From positions 6,241 through 70,240 of the forward strand of contig JAEEJI010000128.1 in NCBI GenBank assembly GCA_016281825.1: DNA of 64,000 bases, in the 5' to 3' direction. Position 1 is the stretch's first letter, and every line of letters begins with the position of its first letter. Shown one piece after another: positions 56,816 to 64,000 of the stretch. The notes beneath the pieces are model-generated. The model saw nothing but the letters and a program-made list of their open reading frames with translations, was not told the DNA's origin and ran no database searches. The position numbers and the translations under genes were made by a program. The stretch is from Muribaculaceae bacterium (GTDB taxonomy: Bacteria; Bacteroidota; Bacteroidia; Bacteroidales; Muribaculaceae).

Positions 56816-59158
56816 TCACTTGATGATGAGGAACTCTGCAACTTTGCGCGGGTTTGGGTCGTTCTCTTGCTGTGACGCATAGACGGTATACAATCCTGTA
56901 GGCATACGGTCACCGCTCTGATCACAGCAATCCCAGGTGGCTGTTCCGCCGTCTGAATGCCACTGCTTGATGGTTGCCCCCTCGGCATTGGTCACCTTAA
57001 GGTAGGAGTTGCTCATCAAGTTAGTGATGGTAAGCAGACCAGTGAAATCAGGACGCACGGGGTTGGGATAGACATACACATTATCATAGCTTGATGCACT
57101 AGGTGCTACATCGCACATGTATTCAAGGAATCCGTTGGCGGTGAGCACGTAGACCGAGTTGGTGTTGGTGTTGCAGCACACGGCATAGATGGTGTTGCTA
57201 GTGAGGTAACTGTTCTCGGTGTTGAACTGCTTGAGAATTTTCGTTCCATCGGCACTGACCTGGTAAAGTCCAGCTGACTCGGTACCAATCCACTTGCGGT
57301 TTTCAGCGTCGACCGAGATACAGTTGACCTGCAGACCATCGAGCAGATAGTCATTCTGTCCTGTTCCATCATTTCGCATCACCTTGGGAAGTATCACGGC
57401 AAAGTCATCGTCAAACGCCCTTGAGGGGTCGAATGCCACAATACCATTGTTCATACCTGACCATACGAGTCCGTTCTGGTCACGCTCCATACAATAGACG
57501 TTGTTCCATGTAATACTCTTGCCATCGACGTCCTGCAAGCTGTTGAAGTTCGCAATCATAGGTGTGCCAGTGAGACCGTCAGGCTGGTTCCAAAAGACAT
57601 AACTGCCCTTATATCCCCCTCCATTATATACTTTGACATCTCCCTTTCCGACGACAAAACTTGACCCCTTGAAATAATTCTGCTTTGTAGCAGGAACACT
57701 CACTGGAATCCAGTCGCTCTTTTGGCAAGTTGCTGCTTCATACTTGGCACGGGGCAACACCGAAAGATTGACTTGGCTGGGTTCTGATGCCTTGGCCGAG
57801 CTATAGCATACCCAAAGGTTGCCTACACTATCAAATGCACAAGCACCTTTATAGAATTTTGAAGTTGCGAAATAACTATTGGTTGCATCATACTTGTAAG
57901 TATACTGGTCATTTACAATCTTAAACACACCATACTTGCGCGATGGGTAAACGTAAGTATCAGGATCCATGGGATCCATCGCTAATTGCCAATTGGCACT
58001 CTCGCCATTGCCTGGCAGTCCAGTGGGTGTGACATCGGTCCACTGACTGCCATCAAAGGTAAACATCTGCGTCACAGAGTTCATTTTCGTACCCCACTCG
58101 GCATGCGTGTTGTCACTCGAAGTACTCAAGTATACCAGGTTCTTCGGTTTGTTAAACACCATGTAGAACGCTCCTACCTTGATGCCGATGCCATTGGGCT
58201 TGTGGTAATCGGTCGTGCCCAATTGGTGGATGCCATTGGCACCGAGAGCCCACAATGTGCCGTCGCCATCGGGGTTGGCACTGAGCAATTCGCTTACACC
58301 TGTTACACTTTCAGGATTCAAACCTTGCGCGTCGGTGGTGACGTACAGATTATCGGCTGGGAAACTGGCAACAAAGCCCGATGGCGTGGGCTGCACAATG
58401 GTGGCACGATTGCTGAATACCACATTCTTGGCAAGTGCAGCAGGTTCGTTCGAACTCAGCCCCAGAGTAATTGTTGTCAGTCCTGCAGCAGAGTTAACCA
58501 TAAACATATTGTCTGACACCGGAATCAGCTTGACGTTGCTCGACGAAGTGATTCCGCTTACCTGCTGGTAGCTAGAAACAGTTTCGCGCAAAGCATTGGT
58601 CTTGGCTGCATAGACCAGACCGCTGCGTGAAATCACCGTCCATTCTCCCACTTCTATAGCCGAAGCAAAGTTGGTGTTGAACAATCGAGACTCAATCACT
58701 TTCATGGATGCATCGTCATAGACAAGCAGTCCAAACTCAGTCGACACCAGCATCTTACCAGGGGAAAAGGTCACATCATTGATACCCTTCAAACCAGTAA
58801 GCACGGCATCCTTGATATCGGGCAAATTGGTAATTTGACCGTCTGAGGCTATCACGTCAATGTTGCTATTGAGATAAGTCACCACCAAGTACTTCTTCAA
58901 GTAGTTGTAATAGATGTTTGTCACTAGCACATCATTGAGAGCCACGCGCTTGTTGAGCGATTCGGTCGAGGAGGTCGACTTGTCGAAGCAATACAGGTCA
59001 TTGCCCACCAGATAGTAAATCTTGTTGTCGGTGTCGATAATGTTCTTGACATTGTCACCCACATAGTATGGGTGAACACGCCAATCACCCTTTCCTGACT
59101 GGGCTTGCGCCACAAGCGAGAGAATGACAACAAGGAGAAATCCGATTCTTTTTAACAT
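56816..59158 (-). CDS. PorZ-like T9SS protein (paralogue)
   Basis: GDWRVHP, KVMRNDGTG..DYLLDG, ENRKWIGT, CTD VYVYPNPVRP..FLIIK. Confidence 0.85.
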   Translation of the reverse strand: MLKRIGFLLVVILSLVAQAQSGKGDWRVHPYYVGDNVKNIIDTDNKIYYLVGNDLYCFDKSTSSTESLNKRVALNDVLVTNIYYNYLKKYLVVTYLNSNIDVIASDGQITNLPDIKDAVLTGLKGINDVTFSPGKMLVSTEFGLLVYDDASMKVIESRLFNTNFASAIEVGEWTVISRSGLVYAAKTNALRETVSSYQQVSGITSSSNVKLIPVSDNMFMVNSAAGLTTITLGLSSNEPAALAKNVVFSNRATIVQPTPSGFVASFPADNLYVTTDAQGLNPESVTGVSELLSANPDGDGTLWALGANGIHQLGTTDYHKPNGIGIKVGAFYMVFNKPKNLVYLSTSSDNTHAEWGTKMNSVTQMFTFDGSQWTDVTPTGLPGNGESANWQLAMDPMDPDTYVYPSRKYGVFKIVNDQYTYKYDATNSYFATSKFYKGACAFDSVGNLWVCYSSAKASEPSQVNLSVLPRAKYEAATCQKSDWIPVSVPATKQNYFKGSSFVVGKGDVKVYNGGGYKGSYVFWNQPDGLTGTPMIANFNSLQDVDGKSITWNNVYCMERDQNGLVWSGMNNGIVAFDPSRAFDDDFAVILPKVMRNDGTGQNDYLLDGLQVNCISVDAENRKWIGTESAGLYQVSADGTKILKQFNTENSYLTSNTIYAVCCNTNTNSVYVLTANGFLEYMCDVAPSASSYDNVYVYPNPVRPDFTGLLTITNLMSNSYLKVTNAEGATIKQWHSDGGTATWDCCDQSGDRMPTGLYTVYASQQENDPNPRKVAEFLIIK

Positions 59159-59185
59159 GAGTACCTTAGTTTTGATTATTCTAGT

Positions 59186-61537
59186 TCACTTGATTATTAC
59201 AAACTTGGCAACGGTTCCGTGTGAGGTTCCGCCTTCCTTCTCCGAGGCTAGAACAAAGTACACACCCGTGCTGACTCGCTCGCCATTGTCTCCCAAGCAG
59301 TCCCAAGTAGCCATCCCGCCGGTCGAGCGCAATTGTTTGATGACGTGACCGCCCGAATCGGCAATCTTCACCAGCGAGTTGTCCATCAACCCCACGATAG
59401 TAACCATTCCAGTGAAGTCGGGCCGCACGGGATTGGGATAGACATACACATTACTATAGTCTACCGCACCCGGCGTGGTGTCGCTGAAGTACTCAAGGAA
59501 ATCGTTCGGAGTCACGACATACACCGAGTTGTTGGTGGGATTACAGCACACCGAATAGATAGTGTTACTGCTCAGGTAACTATTATCGGTTGTGAATTGT
59601 TGCAGCACCTGCGAGCCATCTGCGCTGACGAGGAACAGACCCGAGTTGTTCGTGCCTATCCACTTGCGGTTGGCTCCATCTACGGCAATACAGTTAATTT
59701 GTGAACCTTCAAGCAGATAGTCGGCCAGTCCCGTGCCATCGTTGCGCGGCACCTTGATGTGGTTGATGGTGAAGTTGTCACTGAACGCCTGGGTTGGATC
59801 CATACTGATGATGCCATTGTTCAGCCCCACCCAAACGATACCGTTACGGTCGGCCACCAGGCTGTAGACATTGTTCCAACTGATGGTCTTCCCATCCTGG
59901 TCGATGAGCGTATTATGATTGATGCGGCGCGGCGTGCTTGAAAGACCATCGGACTGCATCCAAAACGACAAGGGTTTTTGATATCCTCCGCTACAGTATA
60001 CATTCACGCCATTGGCAATCACCAGGTTAGAGCCCTTAAAGTACTGCTGCTTGGTTCCAGGCACATTTACCGCGACCCAATCCGAAGGCTTTACCCTCGC
60101 CTGTTCATACTTGGCACGGGGCAACACGGCAACATTGCGCGCCTCTTCGGTAGAAGCCGATGTCGCACTATAGACCACCCATAGGTTGCCCTCGGCATCA
60201 AAGGCGCATGCACCTTTATACCAGGACTCACCACCAAACAAGCTATTCGACACATCATAGACATTGACAATCTTGTCGTTGGTCACCTTGACCACGCCAT
60301 ATTTTCGTGACGGATAGACATAGGTGTTGTTGTCTAGCGGATCAACCACCATCTGCCAATTGGCGCTTTTTCCCTCGCCAGGCAGACTATCGGGAGTGAC
60401 ATCAGTCCAATGAAAGCCGTCATAGGCATAAATCTGCGTTACTGTTCCGAAATTTGAGCCCCATTCGCCTAACAGGTTGTCGCTCGCACTGCTGACGTAG
60501 AGTCGCCCTTGTCCCTCGCTATAAGCCATATAAAATGCGCCTACCTTGATGCCGATGCCGTCAGGTTTGTAATAATTCTGTATGTTACCGGCAACATGTA
60601 CACCCTTAGGACCCAATGCCCACAAGATGCTGTCGCCCTTGGGATAACGACTGTATAGCTCAGGCAAGGCCGACACGCGACTAACTTGCGTGCCAGTAGC
60701 GTCAATCGTGTAGTAACAACTGTCAGTCGTCAGATAGCTGGCGATAAAACCTTCAGGGCAAGGCTGCACGGTGGCAGCGCGACTGACAGACACAGGAACA
60801 GCACCAGCTACCGAGGCGGCACCAGAGCCATCGTCCTGTACTGAGAGAGAAAACAAACCCGAGTCACCATTGACCAACAAGGTCTGGCTGCCTGCCGACA
60901 ACAGTCGAGCATGATCAGATTGCGGCAAGGTAGCATCAAGTAAGGTAAATGACGAGAAACTCTCGTTGTTCCCCGTCAACGGTGCCACGCGCAACTGACC
61001 ACCCTGCTCCAACACCAGCCACGAACCTAATGGCGTGACCGAACTGATATCCTTATCATATATGCATGACTGCTTGACAACCAGATTCTCAGCATCATAA
61101 ATGACATAGCCAAACTGTGTGGCTACATACATCAAGTCGGATGTGAAAGTCACATCGTTGATGCCTTTTGAACTGGATAACGACGCATCCTTGATATCTG
61201 ACACGTTGGTCACACGACCATCGCGGTCAATCACGTCCATGTTTGAGTTGGCATAAGTCACCACCAAATACTCGCGGTCATAGTTGTAATAGATGCCTGT
61301 GACATTGACATCGTGGAGGTAGTTGCGCTTATTGTAGCTCTCGTTCTCCTCGGTAGACTTGTCCAGACAGAACAGGTCTGACCCTACCAGATAATAAACC
61401 TGGTCTTTGGTGTCAATAATGTTTTTCACCTCGCTGCCCACATAGTAGGGATGCACGCGCCAATCGCCCACACCGTTCTGGCTATGGGCGACTAGTGACG
61501 CGACAAGCAAGGCCGCAAATATAAGATGTCTTAGCAT
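59186..61537 (-). CDS. porZ: PorZ-like T9SS protein (most canonical copy)
   Basis: IKVPRNDGTGLADYLL, IAVDGANRKWIGT, VYPNPVRP..GL.DNS.VKI.D..G..S.GG.A.WD..G.RV.TGVY..KFVIIK. Confidence 0.85.
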   Translation of the reverse strand: MLRHLIFAALLVASLVAHSQNGVGDWRVHPYYVGSEVKNIIDTKDQVYYLVGSDLFCLDKSTEENESYNKRNYLHDVNVTGIYYNYDREYLVVTYANSNMDVIDRDGRVTNVSDIKDASLSSSKGINDVTFTSDLMYVATQFGYVIYDAENLVVKQSCIYDKDISSVTPLGSWLVLEQGGQLRVAPLTGNNESFSSFTLLDATLPQSDHARLLSAGSQTLLVNGDSGLFSLSVQDDGSGAASVAGAVPVSVSRAATVQPCPEGFIASYLTTDSCYYTIDATGTQVSRVSALPELYSRYPKGDSILWALGPKGVHVAGNIQNYYKPDGIGIKVGAFYMAYSEGQGRLYVSSASDNLLGEWGSNFGTVTQIYAYDGFHWTDVTPDSLPGEGKSANWQMVVDPLDNNTYVYPSRKYGVVKVTNDKIVNVYDVSNSLFGGESWYKGACAFDAEGNLWVVYSATSASTEEARNVAVLPRAKYEQARVKPSDWVAVNVPGTKQQYFKGSNLVIANGVNVYCSGGYQKPLSFWMQSDGLSSTPRRINHNTLIDQDGKTISWNNVYSLVADRNGIVWVGLNNGIISMDPTQAFSDNFTINHIKVPRNDGTGLADYLLEGSQINCIAVDGANRKWIGTNNSGLFLVSADGSQVLQQFTTDNSYLSSNTIYSVCCNPTNNSVYVVTPNDFLEYFSDTTPGAVDYSNVYVYPNPVRPDFTGMVTIVGLMDNSLVKIADSGGHVIKQLRSTGGMATWDCLGDNGERVSTGVYFVLASEKEGGTSHGTVAKFVIIK

Positions 61538-61574
61538 GATTCGTCGTTTTCTTTAATAAACGGAAAAATGCCAA

Positions 61575-61642
61575 AAAATTGTGCAAACCGAACACAATGC
61601 CGAGCTTGATCAAGCATTGTTGAGGTGCAGCCAATTTTATCC
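61575..61642 (-). repeat. GGCTGC..TCGGTTTGCAC repeat copy upstream of porZ
   Basis: Reverse complement closely matches 41024-41091. Confidence 0.7.
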
Positions 61643-61699
61643 AAAAAATGTGTCTTAAGCCGTTAGCTGTTGGCTTTAGCCGCTTGCAACGCACGTTGA

Positions 61700-64000
61700 C
61701 TAGAGTGTCTTCTGCACCTCTATTTCCTCGAAGGCCTCTATCAAGTCACCTTCCTGCAGGTCGTTGTAGCTTTGTACCGAGAAACCGCAGTCATACCCGC
61801 TGGTAACCTCCTTGGCATCGTCCTTGAAACGCTTGAGCGAGGCCAAGTTGCCCGTGAAGATGACAATACCGTCACGGATGACACGCACCTTGCACTGACG
61901 CTTAATCTTGCCCTCGGTAACCATAGCACCGGCAATCGTTCCCACCTTGCTGATATGGTAGACCTGACGCACCTCGGCCATACCGATGACCTCCTCCTTG
62001 ACATCGGGCGAGAGCATGCCTTCCATGGCGCTCTTCACCTCCTCGATGGCATCGTAGATAATCGAGTAGATGCGCACATCCACTCCTTCCTGTTCGGCTA
62101 AGCGCTTGGCGGCACCCGAAGGACGAACTTGGAAGCCAATAATCGAAGCATCGCTAGCAGCAGCCAGCGTGACATCGCTCTCGGTGATGGCACCCACCGC
62201 CTTGTGGATGACATTGACCTGCACCTCGGGGGTCGAAAGCTTGATGAGCGAATCACTCAATGCCTCAATTGAGCCGTCCACATCACCCTTGACGATGATG
62301 TTCAGCTCGTGGAACTCGCCCAACGCACGCAGACGAGCGATATCATCAAGACCGCGGCGCTTGGTGGTGCGCTGAATGAGTTCGCGTTGAAGTTGCTCGC
62401 GCTTGTTGGCTATCTGACGAGCCTCCTGGTCGGTGTCCATCACGTTGAATTTGTCACCGGCTGTCGGCGCACCATTCAGGCCCAATATCAAAACAGGAGT
62501 CGAAGGCCCAGCCTCTTGAATGCGCTGGTTACGCTCATTGAACATCGCCTTTACCTTACCATAATGCGTACCGGCAAGCACGATGTCGCCCATGCGCAAG
62601 GTGCCATTGTCGACCAGCACCGTGGCAATGTAGCCACGCCCCTTGTCGAGCGATGACTCAATGACCGAGCCCGTCGCTTTGCGGTTGGGGTTGGCTTTGA
62701 GGTCAAGAAGGTCGGCTTCGAGCAAAACCTTCTCCATCAGCTCCTGAACACCTGTACCCTTCTTGGCACTGATATCTTGGCTTTGGTACTTGCCGCCCCA
62801 CTCCTCTATAAGGTAGTTGCGGTTAGCAAGCTCTTCCTTGATTTTGTCAGGATTAGCACCCGGCTTGTCAATCTTGTTGATGGCAAAGATGATGGGTACA
62901 CCGGCTGCAGAAGCATGGCTCAATGCCTCATCTGTTTGCGGCATGACGTTGTCGTCGGCCGCTACGATAACGATAACGATATCGGTTACCTTGGCTCCAC
63001 GGGCACGCATAGCGGTGAATGCGGCGTGACCTGGCGTGTCGAGGAAGGTGATGCGGCGACCATTGGGCAATTTGACGTTGTAGGCTCCGATGTGCTGGGT
63101 GATGCCTCCTGCCTCACCGGCAATCACGTTGGTGTTGCGGATGTAGTCAAGCAACGAAGTCTTACCATGGTCGACATGTCCCATGACGGTGACCACTGGC
63201 GGACGTTGTACCAAGTCTTCGGGATTGTCTTCCTCGTCGTGAATTGCTTCGGCGACCTCGGCACTGGTATACTCGGTCTTGAAACCGAACTCTTCGGCGA
63301 CAATGTTGATTGTCTCGGCATCCAGACGCTGGTTGATAGACACCATCACACCCAAGCTCATGCAGGTGGCGATGACCTTGGTCACGGGCACATCCATCAT
63401 CGAGGCAAGGTCGTTAGCGGTGACAAACTCTGTGAGTTTGAGAACCTTCTTTTCGGCTGCGGCTTGTGCAACAGCCTCCATGGCCTCTTCGTGCGCGGCC
63501 TCACGCTTCTCCTTGCGCCACTTGGCACCCTTCTTCGGGGTCTTGGTGGTCAAGCGTGCGAGGGTCTCCTTAACCTGACGCTGCACATCCTCTTCACTTA
63601 CCTCAACGCGCAACGGGCGTTTGTTCTTTTCTTTCTTGCGCTTGCCTTGGCCGCTCTGGTCTTTGGACGAGCCTTGACTCTTGCCTTTCCCACCGCCACC
63701 TTGCTGCTGTGCTGGTTGAGCGGCTGCTTTCTCGATGTCAACTTTTTCCTTGCCAATGCGCTTACGCTTGCGCTTGCCGCCACCTTCGGCCTGAGCCTTG
63801 GCAATGCGCTCGTTGCGGCGCTCTTCCTTGGTCTTCTTCTTGGGACGCGTCTGCTGGTTCAACGCATCCAAGTCAATTTTGCCAATGACAGTGATTTGGG
63901 GACCCTGCTTGGTAGTGCCTAGCTTGAAGACCTCGGGTTCAGCGGTTGACTCGCTCGGTTCAGATGTCTCTAGCGGCTCTGAAAGCTTTGAGGGTTCTGA
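61700..64000 (-). CDS. infB: translation initiation factor IF-2 (5' end lies beyond the window)
   Basis: [38 protein letters not shown]; reading frame open to the window edge. Confidence 0.98.
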   Translation of the reverse strand, partial: SEPSKLSEPLETSEPSESTAEPEVFKLGTTKQGPQITVIGKIDLDALNQQTRPKKKTKEERRNERIAKAQAEGGGKRKRKRIGKEKVDIEKAAAQPAQQQGGGGKGKSQGSSKDQSGQGKRKKEKNKRPLRVEVSEEDVQRQVKETLARLTTKTPKKGAKWRKEKREAAHEEAMEAVAQAAAEKKVLKLTEFVTANDLASMMDVPVTKVIATCMSLGVMVSINQRLDAETINIVAEEFGFKTEYTSAEVAEAIHDEEDNPEDLVQRPPVVTVMGHVDHGKTSLLDYIRNTNVIAGEAGGITQHIGAYNVKLPNGRRITFLDTPGHAAFTAMRARGAKVTDIVIVIVAADDNVMPQTDEALSHASAAGVPIIFAINKIDKPGANPDKIKEELANRNYLIEEWGGKYQSQDISAKKGTGVQELMEKVLLEADLLDLKANPNRKATGSVIESSLDKGRGYIATVLVDNGTLRMGDIVLAGTHYGKVKAMFNERNQRIQEAGPSTPVLILGLNGAPTAGDKFNVMDTDQEARQIANKREQLQRELIQRTTKRRGLDDIARLRALGEFHELNIIVKGDVDGSIEALSDSLIKLSTPEVQVNVIHKAVGAITESDVTLAAASDASIIGFQVRPSGAAKRLAEQEGVDVRIYSIIYDAIEEVKSAMEGMLSPDVKEEVIGMAEVRQVYHISKVGTIAGAMVTEGKIKRQCKVRVIRDGIVIFTGNLASLKRFKDDAKEVTSGYDCGFSVQSYNDLQEGDLIEAFEEIEVQKTL

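Noticed and set aside
1-64000. tRNA, rRNA, reverse transcriptase, DGR or integrase genes
   Set aside because: No corresponding motifs seen by eye

Overview
Chromosomal window from a Bacteroidales bacterium, inferred from TAnnTTTG -7 promoter boxes and the type IX secretion genes porE and porZ-like. Housekeeping genes include relA/spoT, a 7TM-HD phosphodiesterase, ftcD, a TrmH-family methyltransferase, der, lysS, pgi and the 3' part of infB. Two loci stand out. (1) A solitary, intact phage major-capsid-like gene (SU10_MCP/DUF5309-like, 18524-19951) is preceded by a short scaffold-like ORF. The pair has its own host-type promoter and terminator, and no other phage gene is recognisable in the 64 kb, so it is a candidate domesticated capsid, nanocompartment or dispersed GTA module. 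(2) A ~15 kb operon (25757-40897) resembles the actinobacterial fhaA-pstP-rodA-pbpA-pknA-pknB cluster: FHA-like protein, 30-aa microprotein, PP2C, a RodA-class B PBP fusion, three atypical membrane Ser/Thr kinases, an FHA protein and an M50 peptidase. Also present are three porZ paralogues, three promoter-to-terminator sRNA candidates, a ~217-bp MITE inserted in a palindrome loop, unannotated microproteins and several intergenic repeat families, some abutting promoters. All family calls come from reading motifs by eye; no database searches were run.
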